Notes: generated from the sequence alone by a model not told the origin. 49,785 nucleotides of DNA from Candidatus Bathyarchaeia archaeon (GCA_049586635.1 JBAVCK010000126.1:1-49785); one strand, 5' to 3'. Numbered from the stretch's first letter, positions 10,322-20,441 are shown. Translations and numbers: made by a program.

Positions 10322-10473
10322 CAAGCTTTGAATTAGCTCCAACTACCGCGATTCAATGTACCAGGTGGTAAATCAGAACGAACATTTGTAGAATGATCAG
10401 TTGAGCTGAACAGCTGGGAATATTCGATGCCAGCGTCGTTGCTCGTTCTAGCGCCTGATACGGCGCGTCACCA

Positions 10474-10659
10474 TCAAAGGTTGTCAGCGATATTTCCATC
10501 ATAACTTGGAATGCTCTCTCCATGCTGCCTTTGGTAGTGCTTTTTCAGTTGAGCTTTAGTGCTGAAACGCCTGTCACAGAAAACGCACGAGTAGAGCCCG
10601 ATAAGAGGCCAGAGACCGCCCGGCTGCCTGCTCTGATAGTCCAAGGAGGTTTGGCCCAT
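10474..10659 (-). CDS. small classical C2H2 zinc-finger protein
   Basis: 61 aa containing YSCVFCDRRFSTKAQLKKHYQRQH, which is C-x2-C-x12-H-x4-H with the conserved F and L of the TFIIIA-type finger. Confidence 0.5.
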   Translation of the reverse strand: MGQTSLDYQSRQPGGLWPLIGLYSCVFCDRRFSTKAQLKKHYQRQHGESIPSYDGNIADNL

Positions 10660-10783
10660 GGTTCTCCACTTTGCCTCAACTACGCCCTATAGTTATCTTA
10701 TAACGCAGATGGATGATTCATCCTCAACTGCTTTAGCCAGCTGCAGACGTGTCTGAAACTCAACCGTGGAGGTGAGAGAAGAG

Positions 10784-10930
10784 ATGCCGCATGTACCAGT
10801 GGGTTTCGGCCTGTTCGGGCTTATTCGAGGCATAATTGGAGTTGCAATAGCCGTTGCGTTTATTTGGCTAATTTACAAGCTCGGAAAGCTAATCGATGCA
10901 TATACCACGAAACTAAAAGGGAAAAACTGA
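10784..10930 (+). CDS. small single-pass membrane protein, tentative
   Basis: ATG preceded by GGAGGTGAG. 48 aa: MPHVPVGFGLFGLIRGIIGVAIAVAFIWLIYKLGKLIDAYTTKLKGKN. Confidence 0.4.
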   Translation: MPHVPVGFGLFGLIRGIIGVAIAVAFIWLIYKLGKLIDAYTTKLKGKN

Positions 10931-10987
10931 GCCCTACAACTTTACCAGCGTAACATGTAAATGTAGATAGTAAACTATGGCGTGTAG

Positions 10988-11722
10988 TTGATGGCCATGG
11001 CTGCACGATCCGCCCCTGCGGTACAAACTATTGATGTTACGAAGGTATACCGCGTGGGGCATGTTGATTACCCGGCATTGCGGGGCATCAACATCAAGGT
11101 GGAAAGAGGGGAGTTTGTGGCTATCATGGGGCCCTCAGGCAGCGGCAAATCGACCCTCCTGAACCTAATAGGAGCCCTCGATCGCCCGACCTCAGGCCGA
11201 GTAATCATAGACGGAGTTGACCTCAAGAAGCTGGATGAGGATAGACTCTCCCTGCTTCGAAATCGGAAACTGGGTTTTGTTTACCAGTCCTTCAACTTGA
11301 TTCAGCGGCTTACGTCAGCTGAGAACGTCGAGATGCCACTGATTTCTCGAGGAATACCTGAAAAGGTTCGAAGAAGCAAATCAATAAAGATGCTAAGCGC
11401 TGTCGGGTTGACTGGGAAGGCCAACAAACGGCCAGCCGAGTTGAGCGGCGGAGAGCAGCAACGCGTGGCCATTGCTAGAGCCCTAATAGCGGAACCAGCC
11501 CTGATAATTGCCGATGAACCTACTGGCAATTTGGACTCGAAGACTACTCGTGAGGTCGTAAATCAGTTTATCCAAGTGAACAAAGAATTCGGAACGACCA
11601 TTCTGGTCGTTACTCACAACTCAGAGATTTCTAGTATGACACAGCGAGTAATCAGCCTGAAAGATGGGCTAGTTGAAAAAGAGGAATATATCCAAAGAAT
11701 AGACGCTTACACATTGAGGTAA
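10988..11722 (+). CDS. ABC transporter ATP-binding protein (MacB/LolD/FtsE-like)
   Basis: Walker [10 protein letters not shown], signature LSGGEQQR, Walker B IIADEPT, and an H-loop (THN). Confidence 0.9.
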   Translation: MMAMAARSAPAVQTIDVTKVYRVGHVDYPALRGINIKVERGEFVAIMGPSGSGKSTLLNLIGALDRPTSGRVIIDGVDLKKLDEDRLSLLRNRKLGFVYQSFNLIQRLTSAENVEMPLISRGIPEKVRRSKSIKMLSAVGLTGKANKRPAELSGGEQQRVAIARALIAEPALIIADEPTGNLDSKTTREVVNQFIQVNKEFGTTILVVTHNSEISSMTQRVISLKDGLVEKEEYIQRIDAYTLR

Positions 11723-11727
11723 GAACG

Positions 11728-12978
11728 ATGCGATTTGTCGACATGTTCAAGTTAGCGTCCAAAGCGCTGCTTGATAGAAAGATCCGCAGCGTCCTTACGA
11801 TACTCGGAATCACGGTTGGCTCGGCAATCATTCTGGCGCTGATTGCTAGCTCAAGCGGACTTAACGCCGGCATATCTGCCAATATTGAGAAGACTGGGGC
11901 GAACGTTCTCACATTACGAAACTCGGGGGGCTTTTTCGCCAGTGGTTCAACAAACACTTACGAGCTAAGTCAACAGGACGTAACCTACCTCAAATCAATA
12001 CCTGGCGTAATTGCGGCTTATCCATACTACAGCTATGGTGCAAATATCATGAGTGGCGGACAGTCGATTCAAGCCAGCGTAGTCGCCATAGACATGGTGG
12101 CTCTGCCCGCCTTGTATAATGGCTTGACTGTTGCTGAAGGCTCCATACCGCTCTTGGGCGACACGACATCTGCAGCCATAGGATGGGGAATAGCCAATCC
12201 GGTGTCAGGAACACCAATCGGACTCCATGAAATGGTTGCTATGTCTATTACAGGAATTAAGGGAAGCAAAGGAGCCGTGTCATACGCTGTCCTCGCTAGC
12301 GGAATTCTGGCTCAGTATGGTACGGCATTATTCGCAAATATTGATGATACCATCTTCATATCGTTCGCGGCAGGCGGAATTCTTTCTAAGTCTCCATACT
12401 TTACAGGCATCTACGTCCTAGTTGACAACACGGATGATGTTGTGACCGTTCAGAACACAATAACGACTTACTATTCCAATAACGTTCGAGTGATAAGCCC
12501 GGGACAAATCCTGTCAAGCATCCAAGGGATTACGGGACAATTGACAGTCTTCTTGGGCAGCATAGGCGCGGTATCGTTGTTTGTAGCAACTGTTGGAATA
12601 GTCAACACGATGTACGTGTCGGTAATGGAGCGCACAAGAGAAATTGGGATACTGAAAGCTATTGGTTATAGGCCGAGACAAATAATGGGCATGTTCCTAG
12701 CAGAGGCTGCACTCACGGGAGTAATTGGAGCCTTCTGCGGACTCGCCCTAGGCTATGTGCTATCCTTCCTGATGGGAGGCATGCTCGGAGGATTAGGCGG
12801 CGGACGCGTCGCATTTGGAGGAGGCGGAGGGGGTGGAATGACCATCGTTCCAGTCTTCTCAACGGGACTCATTGTTTTCTCATTAGTCTTCCCGGTAATA
12901 CTAGCAACCATAGCGGGGCTTTATCCCGCCTGGCGTGCTTCAAGAATGAACGCCGTCGTTGCCTTGAAGTACGAATAG
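11728..12978 (+). CDS. ABC transporter permease, FtsX/MacB-type
   Basis: 416 aa: an N-terminal TM, a large extracytoplasmic domain, and a C-terminal FtsX 3-TM module (ERTREIGILKAIGYRPRQI). Starts 6 nt after the ATPase gene. Confidence 0.85.
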   Translation: MRFVDMFKLASKALLDRKIRSVLTILGITVGSAIILALIASSSGLNAGISANIEKTGANVLTLRNSGGFFASGSTNTYELSQQDVTYLKSIPGVIAAYPYYSYGANIMSGGQSIQASVVAIDMVALPALYNGLTVAEGSIPLLGDTTSAAIGWGIANPVSGTPIGLHEMVAMSITGIKGSKGAVSYAVLASGILAQYGTALFANIDDTIFISFAAGGILSKSPYFTGIYVLVDNTDDVVTVQNTITTYYSNNVRVISPGQILSSIQGITGQLTVFLGSIGAVSLFVATVGIVNTMYVSVMERTREIGILKAIGYRPRQIMGMFLAEAALTGVIGAFCGLALGYVLSFLMGGMLGGLGGGRVAFGGGGGGGMTIVPVFSTGLIVFSLVFPVILATIAGLYPAWRASRMNAVVALKYE

Positions 12979-13029
12979 GCCTCTTGCGAACGGCTGCATA
13001 GCCCTTAGACGCCACTAGAGGGAATGCGA

Positions 13030-14001
13030 TTATCGATTACCGGTACGAATGGAGGACCCGAAATCTGCTCTTGAAAGGACGATGAGATGCGCCAAGCTGA
13101 AGTTGCTTGCAGATCCGAAGAATATACCTTCAAGATACCTGAGAATCTCTAATAGGATTCCGAGTACCCCGGTGGCCCCTCCGCGCCCTTGGTTCGGAGA
13201 CAAACCTTGTCTTCTTAGTTGAATGGCTGCGGTTCCCTGGGCTAAGTATGGAACTCCGGCTCGACCGTTGTCTATTGCAGATGCCGTAATTTGAATTGAG
13301 TAGTTTCCAGGAACGACATTGCCCTTGAACACTACCACTACGCTGAACGGTCGGGGTATGTTTGGGTCGATTTCGCCCAAGAAAGAGCTGGAAAGAGCGC
13401 TCGGTACTGTGATATCAGAGGCCGCCGTAACGTTTGCATCGTAAACTGCAAGGTTCCCCGAGTTCAAAAGGTTGCCTGAGATTGTAGCGTTTCCACCTGG
13501 GGTTGAGGTCGAAGGGGTGACCTGTATTCCGTACAGTGTGAGGCTAATGTAGGCATATACGGAGAAGCTGACTGAGTGAACCTCCTGAGTGTAAGACACG
13601 TCTCCCAACGCCTTGTAGGTCACTGTTATAGTACCCTGATAGGCGCTCCCGATGGTCGCTGTTGGCGCGTACACTTGAAAGTTGATTGCAACCGACTGGC
13701 CTAGCTGCATTGTGTCATAGCGCCAGTGACTGCTGCCATACATGGCTAAACCAGCCGGGATGGCAACGGCAACATCGACATCGTAGATTGCTGGGTAGTT
13801 GTAGTAGTTATCGACTACCGTAACGGTCACGTTGTTGTTGAACCCGGCCGTGAGAGCCTGCCCGGTCAATGTGACCGTCAGATGTGGAACTGTCTGAGCT
13901 TGAACAGAGCCAATGGGCACAGATATCAAGCATATTGACAGGAGAATAAGAACCAGAGGCTGGATCTTATGAGACGCGTTCACTTTTGCTTCATTTCCCA
14001 C
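13030..14001 (-). CDS. secreted/cell-surface protein with Ig-like beta-sandwich repeats (CARDB/COG1361-like)
   Basis: Has a signal peptide (LVLILLSICLISVPIGSVQAQ), two similar beta-rich modules, N-x-S/T sequons and a C-terminal hydrophobic segment. Confidence 0.55.
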   Translation of the reverse strand: MGNEAKVNASHKIQPLVLILLSICLISVPIGSVQAQTVPHLTVTLTGQALTAGFNNNVTVTVVDNYYNYPAIYDVDVAVAIPAGLAMYGSSHWRYDTMQLGQSVAINFQVYAPTATIGSAYQGTITVTYKALGDVSYTQEVHSVSFSVYAYISLTLYGIQVTPSTSTPGGNATISGNLLNSGNLAVYDANVTAASDITVPSALSSSFLGEIDPNIPRPFSVVVVFKGNVVPGNYSIQITASAIDNGRAGVPYLAQGTAAIQLRRQGLSPNQGRGGATGVLGILLEILRYLEGIFFGSASNFSLAHLIVLSRADFGSSIRTGNR

Positions 14002-14918
14002 AGTGCACTTATTCGGGCTTCTATGGCTGGGTGCTTATCGAATATTCGTGTTACTCCTCTTCGCCCTGTTAGATTGCACATGCATGAGGTTGCTGGCATC
14101 GCCAATTCCAGATTACTGCAATCCTTCAGCTTTGTCAACGCGGAAATCAATGCGTCTGGCCCTCCTACTAACCTGACCGCAGTCAAGTCGGCTAGGAATT
14201 CTCTAGCCCTGTAGACTGCAGGCTCAAGTAGGTAGCTCATAGGTCGAGCGAATAGGGCGACCTTTGCTAGGGTCGCAGCGAACCTCACAGTGAAGTCATG
14301 GTTCTTCAAGTGTGCAATCTCGTGGGCTAGACATGCCTCCACTTCACAATCTTCCAGAGACTCCAGAAGGCCAACCGAGACTGTAACCGTGTACCTCCGA
14401 TTGGCCCGGACCGTAAACGCTGAAGGCATACCAGAATCAATCAGGCGAACATCCGGAGTTGAAATTCCAGCCTCAGCTGCAAGCCGCTTAACACTCTCCT
14501 CGAGACGGGTCGGGGGTTGGAGAAACGTGATCTGCGGAAACGCTTTCGAAAGGCTCATGCGTGACTTGCCGAATTCGATGAAAATAGCTGCACATCCGGC
14601 AGCCACTGCCCCCAGCAGAACCGCGCCAAGATCCAACCTCGGTATTAAGTCAAAGAAACTTCTGGAGCTTTCTACCAAATGTGCGGGTTCGGCTCTGACT
14701 ATGAAGTGAAGTGTAAACCCAACGACGAATACGCTCTCAACTAGCATCAACCCAAAGATTCCTAGCAAAGCAAGGGTCCGCTCGCGATACGACCGCCGCA
14801 GAACAAATACCAGAGCGACCCCGCCAGCGAGTAGGCCTATGGTCGGAAGTGCAAGTATGGGCGGACCAGCAATCAGCCAGCTAATCACGAAAAAGTATCG
14901 CGGAAGAATAAGGATCAT
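13980..14918 (-). CDS. membrane zinc metalloprotease, M48/M56 (BlaR1/HtpX-like)
   Basis: N-terminal TM helices and a HExxH motif (CLAHEIAHLKNHD). Overlaps the upstream BlaI-like gene by 4 nt. Confidence 0.8.
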   Translation of the reverse strand: MILILPRYFFVISWLIAGPPILALPTIGLLAGGVALVFVLRRSYRERTLALLGIFGLMLVESVFVVGFTLHFIVRAEPAHLVESSRSFFDLIPRLDLGAVLLGAVAAGCAAIFIEFGKSRMSLSKAFPQITFLQPPTRLEESVKRLAAEAGISTPDVRLIDSGMPSAFTVRANRRYTVTVSVGLLESLEDCEVEACLAHEIAHLKNHDFTVRFAATLAKVALFARPMSYLLEPAVYRAREFLADLTAVRLVGGPDALISALTKLKDCSNLELAMPATSCMCNLTGRRGVTRIFDKHPAIEARISALWEMKQK

Positions 14919-15346
14919 TTCTTTTCCTTCTTGCGCAGACGATTCAAGTATTTCGAAGCGAAATGGAAATCGCTTCCGTCGGAGGCACCCATTTTTTCAG
15001 CCAAGTAAGCAACTGTGACCTCATTAAAGCCTTGGAGGAGCCCGTCCATTACGTTCCTAACGACTGCCTGCTTGAACTCTTCCTCGGTAACCTTGGCCTT
15101 ATACAAGTAGTGAGGACCACCGTCTCTCGCCAGCTGCCTCGAAACCACCCCCTTTCTATACAAACGGTCCAAGATTGTTGCGACCGTCGTGACGGCAACT
15201 GGCCGAGTCCTTGCAGTCCTAGACTGTGACTCTCTCACGGAGAGTGGTTTGTGAGATTCCCAAAGCTGCCTGAGAACGACGGCCTCAAGATCGCCCAATG
15301 CAAATCTAAGATTTGGATTGTTGGGACGGACCGCGTGAAATTTCAA
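14915..15346 (-). CDS. BlaI/MecI/CopY-family winged-helix transcriptional repressor
   Basis: 143 aa. LGDLEAVVLRQLW...VTTVATILDRLYRKGVVSR...YLYKA is the typical penicillinase-repressor fold signature. Confidence 0.8.
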   Translation of the reverse strand: MKFHAVRPNNPNLRFALGDLEAVVLRQLWESHKPLSVRESQSRTARTRPVAVTTVATILDRLYRKGVVSRQLARDGGPHYLYKAKVTEEEFKQAVVRNVMDGLLQGFNEVTVAYLAEKMGASDGSDFHFASKYLNRLRKKEKK

Positions 15347-15400
15347 CGTGCTGATTCCTAACTATGCGATGTAGTTAGCCTTATATAAACACGGTCACCT

Positions 15401-15814
15401 TTGCCCCGCCGCCATTGGAGTTCACGCCAGATGCCCCAGCTGCCGATCATCATTCCCATCATAATCATCGGCGTCCTAATTGGCTCGTTACAGAAATCAG
15501 GAAAGAAAACCTCAGCCAAAAAAATTACTTTGTGGGCTTTCGTCGCCGGGGCCCTAAACGCTGCCAACGCTTATGCGGTCTACATACTAACACCAGCGCC
15601 GACATTCAGAGGATTCGGAGCTACCACCACTCTTGTACGTTCGACTTCAGAAATCGGCTTTACCATTTCCTCGTTCATAGCTGGCTTTCTCATTGTGGCA
15701 GCAGTTTTCGCCATTGCAGCTGTGTACGGCCGAGTTCGCAAGGGCGACTCAGAACTAAGCGACGAATCCGAATTGCAAGAGACCGAAGAATTATCGAAAC
15801 TCAAACCGGGCTAA
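15401..15814 (+). CDS. hypothetical membrane protein
   Basis: 137 aa with 3-4 TM helices and an acidic C-terminal tail. The alternative frame at 15415-15819 is Arg/His-rich and was rejected. Confidence 0.45.
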   Translation: MPRRHWSSRQMPQLPIIIPIIIIGVLIGSLQKSGKKTSAKKITLWAFVAGALNAANAYAVYILTPAPTFRGFGATTTLVRSTSEIGFTISSFIAGFLIVAAVFAIAAVYGRVRKGDSELSDESELQETEELSKLKPG

Positions 15815-15815
15815 C

Positions 15816-18773
15816 TTGATGTCGGGCACATGGACTCGGTGCTTCCGCGTTCTCATTATCTGCTTAGCTTTGTCGAGTCTCTTACTAGCCCCGATGCCCG
15901 GGGAGAAGGTCTTCAGCAAGGATATCGCAGTCTCGCCTGGCAAATACGACCTCAGGCTGGGTGCAGGATTCCCGGGTTTTGGACCAGTTAAGCTGGCTTA
16001 TCCGAACAGCAGCATCCTAACAAACAGTGTGGGAGACCTACTCTTCACGGTTACGCTCAACGCAACCTCTTCCGACCGCACAATCCAAGGCGTGCCCGAC
16101 GCCGCGTTGTATAGCAGTGTGGATATCTACATCTCGCCCGACTTCTCGGGCCTAACTATAGGTAATTTGTGGACGAGCTTCACGAACAGTTACGACCCCC
16201 ACAGCATTTCGCTATCGAGACTCTCATCCGGAGACCAGATTGGGCCAAATTGGTGGAAAATCACAGTCTACAACCTGATAGTGACATCCGATCTAAATTA
16301 CCCAAAGGACAACATCAACATGACAACCAACCGAATATTCCTCGAAAACCAGACGCAATATATCAGGCTCCTTCAAGTCACATCGCCATCTACAGCTGGA
16401 AGATATTTCTTCAAGGCGTTCCTGAACGGAACATCAATCGGTCCAAGAAATTTTCCGACCATAGTCGTCAAAACAAGTCGGGACCCCGCCTATATCTCCG
16501 GAACACTTAGAGAACTAGGTGACCGCAACAGGACGAGGGCAGGACAGCCGATAACTCTACCTAATGGAATGGGAGCTCAGATCATCGCGACTGGGTTAGA
16601 TTATCTCGGAGAAACGGTTTCAGCCCAAGCATTCGTCAACTCCACTGCCCAAGGGCAGTATACCATATTCGGAGTCGCACCTGGCACGTACAACATAACC
16701 GCTTACGCGGCCGGCTACATCCCAACAACTAGACCAACCACTGTCAATGTCGGTCCAACCCAATCACTCGAAGGAGTCGACATCTACATGACTGAAAGTG
16801 TCAACATCACGGGAACGGTCTTGTCCACATCTGCTGAAGGATTCGCTATCCCGTGGGGAACCCTCTTCGGTATCGACATCTTCGGTCACAGCCATCCAAC
16901 AAAACGAGCGATATCAGTCAAACTTCTCAACTTAGATGGATCCGTTGTCGCTTCGATTCCTCCGCCTTCCAGTTTCGCTCTGTTGACCGACCCTCACGCA
17001 ACATCATTTAACTTCTCAATTCAGTATCAACTCGGGTTTGATGGCCGAATCCCCCAGAATTCCGCGGGTTTCACATCCGGCCTGACCTCCGGCGACTATT
17101 TGTTGTATGCTTATGTTACGTCGTACATCCAGCTTGAAGAGGTCTATGTGCATGTGGGTAACGAGACGACCAAAACGGCTTCTACCATACCGCTTATTCG
17201 ATCAGGTACCTTCAATGTCACTGTGCATTTCAGAGACCTGAACTCAACAATAGGACCAGATCAACTCAACAATGTAAACGCAAACATAGGACAACTCGAG
17301 GTCAATTCAACACTTACTGTCTCCGCGTATGATCAGCAGGGAATACTTAGAGCACAAAACACGACCTTCGTTGCCGCCGGAGCTACCAGTGCTACGGTGG
17401 AGCTGCAGGGGTTCAGCAACTCTCGAAGTTTCGGAAGCGTCTCCTCTTTCTCACAAAACAGCGGGCTTCTGCCCGGAACATATCAAATCGTTGCTCGGGT
17501 AAGTTCATCGCCAAGTTTCGCTGGGTTTGCCAACCTTGGCATTCGAGATTTCTATTACCAGAGGACCAACGTTCAAGCAACCATAGGACTGGGAGATGTC
17601 GTCGTCAGCCTGAGCCTTATTGTGTACAAGGCAGGTGGACTACTGCTTTCAATCGATTCCGTCGATGACCAAACGCCGCCAGTCGGTACGTTTTGGCACC
17701 ATCCTGGGAAAACAATCAACGTCATGATCATTGGTTCCAACGGCGCCGTTTACCAAGCAAACTCCACGCAACCCTTTGATTCGACAAACGCAACTTTCGT
17801 TTATGTCGGACTTCTGACCGACACATACGACGTTGTAATCCAAACGCTTGGGTATACTCAAAGAGAGATAATTCATTTGAATGTAGTGTTGGGCGGGAAC
17901 ACCGATGCCGCGGTCTGGATGATTGAGAACCCCGTAATTGACTTGACTGTTACCTTCAGGGATGAGGGGCTTCTGTCAATCATCAACTCAACGCAGCCTT
18001 ACGCTCAACCAATCAATCATTTGGATGGTACGCCAGCACGCATCGAAGTCTTTGATGACCATGGTAACTTTGTGGCGGCCAATGTGAGTTACATACCCAA
18101 TTTCTCTGAAAATGAAACGTTCACCCCTACCAGAACTGGGCACTTCACCTTAGCTGGGTTCGACCGATACTACGGCGACCCAAGGTTTGTCTGGTCAGGC
18201 TTCTATGACACGACCGACGGTGCGGGTCAGAGCCCGGGAGGATTAATTCTGTATCCATGGAGTGATTCGCCTCGCTGGTATGTTGTCAGGATATGGGTAG
18301 ACGGTTATTATCAGACAAGCCCGCTGCAAGTGCTCGTGCCCGCGAGAGGCAACGTTTCAGCAGCGGAGTCCCTGGATCGCGCCACAAGAATCTCTGGAAC
18401 CATCACGGGCCCAGATTTCTATAACATCGCACGCCCCTTGTCTTGGGCCGCTATAACTTTGGAACCAAACAATTACACGTTGACAGCCATCATTGATGTT
18501 AGGCCCGGCAATTACACAACATTCAGTTTGGATGGTTCGTTCCAGGTCTGGGTGCCGGGTGGGAGCTACGGCATTGGGGTGGCACTCGCCGGATATTCCA
18601 TGTACTCGGCTCTGATGAATGTCCCCCAAGGTTCTGATATCAGTATGCAAATCTGGCTGAACGACTACCAGCCATCACCGGGAACAAGTGCGCTCTCATC
18701 TTCGTGGATGTTGTCGTCGAACTTACTTGGCTCCATGGACAAGTATGATTACAACGCGACCTTCAAGCGTTGA
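15816..18773 (+). CDS. large secreted surface protein with carboxypeptidase-regulatory-like (CarboxypepD_reg) beta-sandwich domains
   Basis: 985 aa with a signal/anchor (VLIICLALSSLLLAPMPG), repeated G(T/D)Y...(A/V)YA.GY motifs, and more than twenty N-x-S/T sequons counted by eye. Confidence 0.65.
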   Translation: MMSGTWTRCFRVLIICLALSSLLLAPMPGEKVFSKDIAVSPGKYDLRLGAGFPGFGPVKLAYPNSSILTNSVGDLLFTVTLNATSSDRTIQGVPDAALYSSVDIYISPDFSGLTIGNLWTSFTNSYDPHSISLSRLSSGDQIGPNWWKITVYNLIVTSDLNYPKDNINMTTNRIFLENQTQYIRLLQVTSPSTAGRYFFKAFLNGTSIGPRNFPTIVVKTSRDPAYISGTLRELGDRNRTRAGQPITLPNGMGAQIIATGLDYLGETVSAQAFVNSTAQGQYTIFGVAPGTYNITAYAAGYIPTTRPTTVNVGPTQSLEGVDIYMTESVNITGTVLSTSAEGFAIPWGTLFGIDIFGHSHPTKRAISVKLLNLDGSVVASIPPPSSFALLTDPHATSFNFSIQYQLGFDGRIPQNSAGFTSGLTSGDYLLYAYVTSYIQLEEVYVHVGNETTKTASTIPLIRSGTFNVTVHFRDLNSTIGPDQLNNVNANIGQLEVNSTLTVSAYDQQGILRAQNTTFVAAGATSATVELQGFSNSRSFGSVSSFSQNSGLLPGTYQIVARVSSSPSFAGFANLGIRDFYYQRTNVQATIGLGDVVVSLSLIVYKAGGLLLSIDSVDDQTPPVGTFWHHPGKTINVMIIGSNGAVYQANSTQPFDSTNATFVYVGLLTDTYDVVIQTLGYTQREIIHLNVVLGGNTDAAVWMIENPVIDLTVTFRDEGLLSIINSTQPYAQPINHLDGTPARIEVFDDHGNFVAANVSYIPNFSENETFTPTRTGHFTLAGFDRYYGDPRFVWSGFYDTTDGAGQSPGGLILYPWSDSPRWYVVRIWVDGYYQTSPLQVLVPARGNVSAAESLDRATRISGTITGPDFYNIARPLSWAAITLEPNNYTLTAIIDVRPGNYTTFSLDGSFQVWVPGGSYGIGVALAGYSMYSALMNVPQGSDISMQIWLNDYQPSPGTSALSSSWMLSSNLLGSMDKYDYNATFKR

Positions 18774-18788
18774 CGGACGTTGATCTGA

Positions 18789-20441
18789 ATGCCGTATCAA
18801 CTGCGACTGCTATGTTCTGTTTTTGTGTCCGGCGCGGTCGTGATGGCGCTTGAACTTCTAGGGAGTAGGCTGCTTGCCCCTGTGTTCGGAAATTCAATCT
18901 TTGTATGGGGCAGCCTCATCGGCGTGGTTCTCGCTGCTCTAAGCCTCGGATACTACCTGGGCGGGAAAGTTGCCGACCGCAAGCCAGATTTTCACATTCT
19001 ATCTCTCCTTATTTTCGTCGCAGGCCTTTTTGTCACAGTTTTGCCGACCCTAGCTCCACCTGTTTTTGATTTCGTTGTTAGGCTCGGTATCGGTGATCGG
19101 TACTCGCCGCTCTTGGCGACGACGGTGCTGCTTGGGCTTCCAAGCATTCTGTTGGGCATGGTGTCGCCCTATGCGATACGCCTCGCGGCGAAGAGCTTTG
19201 AGAAATTAGGTAAGTTGTCTGGGAATTTGTATGCCTTGTCAACGCTTGGGAGCATAGTGGGTACCTTCGTCACTGTTTTCGTCCTCATCCCTGCTTTTGG
19301 CGTGAACAAAATCGTGCTTGGCCTGGGAGTGACGTTATTGGTTGTTGCATTCTTTGGTCTTGGTTTTCGAATGAAAGTCTTTGTTCTATTAGTACTGTTG
19401 GTGCTGCCGTTTGCGGCTCCGTACATGGTTAGCCGAAGATTGACTGTCGCCGCCTACACCTTGGCGCTCGGCGACACTATATACGAGGCGGATACGCCGT
19501 ACCATCATTTGCTAGTGGCTGATGCCTATGACCCCGCGCATCAATCAACAGTCCGTTACCTGATCTTGGATGACAACTTGCACAGCGCGATGGACCTCAA
19601 CAATCCGGACCGCACGGTCTTCGAATACACAGACTATTTCCACCTAGGCTTCCTGCTCAATTCGAACATCACTCGCGTACTGTTCATCGGAGGCGGCGGC
19701 TTCACGGGCCCCAAAGCGTTCCTGAAGGACTACCCTAACCTCACGGTTGACGTTGCTGAAATCGACCCTGAAGTCATCCGAGTCGCGGAAACATATTTCG
19801 CCGTAAACGCCAGCAACCCTAGACTGCACATCTACAACGAAGATGGCCGTATATTTCTCCAAGGAAACTCCCAGAAGTACGACCTAGTGGTCTTGGACGC
19901 GTACTCAAAGAGTTATGTCCCGTTTCACCTCATGACTGCTGAGTTCTTCGCGCTAGTGTCATCTCACTTGACTGGAGAAGGAAGCCTAATTTCCAACCTT
20001 ATTGCTGCAACCTCCGGCGACCAAGCCCAGCTGCTTATGGCCGAGGTGAAGACGGTGAGCACGGTTTTCCCGGAAGTCTACGTTTTCCCAGTTAACGGGG
20101 TTGACTACCAAGAACCGCAGAACGTCATAATACTCGCGACACGACTCCCCAACCCCCTGACAAAAACCGACTTCGCAAATCTCGCAGCGAGCACGACAAC
20201 CGTCAAAATCCCGGCACTAAATGGCTATGTGGCAAACTATCTCGCACTAGACACGGGCAACGCACCCGTCCTAACGGATAATTACGCCCCTGTTGAGACT
20301 CTACTCAATCCACTAACCGGGCAAAGTCTCACGAGTAATCAGGAATCAACAGTCAACTGGCGCGAGGTGGAAACCCTTGTCGCAGTTGTTCTAGGCCTCG
20401 CAGTAGTATTCTTGGTCCTCGTTAAGAAGAAAATATTATGA
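18789..20441 (+). CDS. membrane-embedded spermidine-synthase-like (PABS-family) methyltransferase-fold protein
   Basis: 550 aa: about 7 N-terminal TM helices, then a spermine/spermidine synthase-like domain (VLFIGGGGFTGP, DVAEIDPEV, DLVVLDAY), then a C-terminal TM. Confidence 0.75.
   Translation: MPYQLRLLCSVFVSGAVVMALELLGSRLLAPVFGNSIFVWGSLIGVVLAALSLGYYLGGKVADRKPDFHILSLLIFVAGLFVTVLPTLAPPVFDFVVRLGIGDRYSPLLATTVLLGLPSILLGMVSPYAIRLAAKSFEKLGKLSGNLYALSTLGSIVGTFVTVFVLIPAFGVNKIVLGLGVTLLVVAFFGLGFRMKVFVLLVLLVLPFAAPYMVSRRLTVAAYTLALGDTIYEADTPYHHLLVADAYDPAHQSTVRYLILDDNLHSAMDLNNPDRTVFEYTDYFHLGFLLNSNITRVLFIGGGGFTGPKAFLKDYPNLTVDVAEIDPEVIRVAETYFAVNASNPRLHIYNEDGRIFLQGNSQKYDLVVLDAYSKSYVPFHLMTAEFFALVSSHLTGEGSLISNLIAATSGDQAQLLMAEVKTVSTVFPEVYVFPVNGVDYQEPQNVIILATRLPNPLTKTDFANLAASTTTVKIPALNGYVANYLALDTGNAPVLTDNYAPVETLLNPLTGQSLTSNQESTVNWREVETLVAVVLGLAVVFLVLVKKKIL

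Noticed and set aside
12775-12845. Gly run (GGMLGGLGGGRVAFGGGGGGGM) in the FtsX permease as a slippage-prone repeat or frameshift site
   Set aside because: The reading frame is continuous and the flanking TM helices are intact. The codons are mixed (gga/ggc/ggg/ggt) rather than a homopolymer. It is most simply a flexible loop.
15415-15819. 134-aa ORF overlapping 15401-15814 in another frame
   Set aside because: It is His/Arg/Cys-rich with no hydrophobic core, whereas the competing frame encodes clean TM helices.
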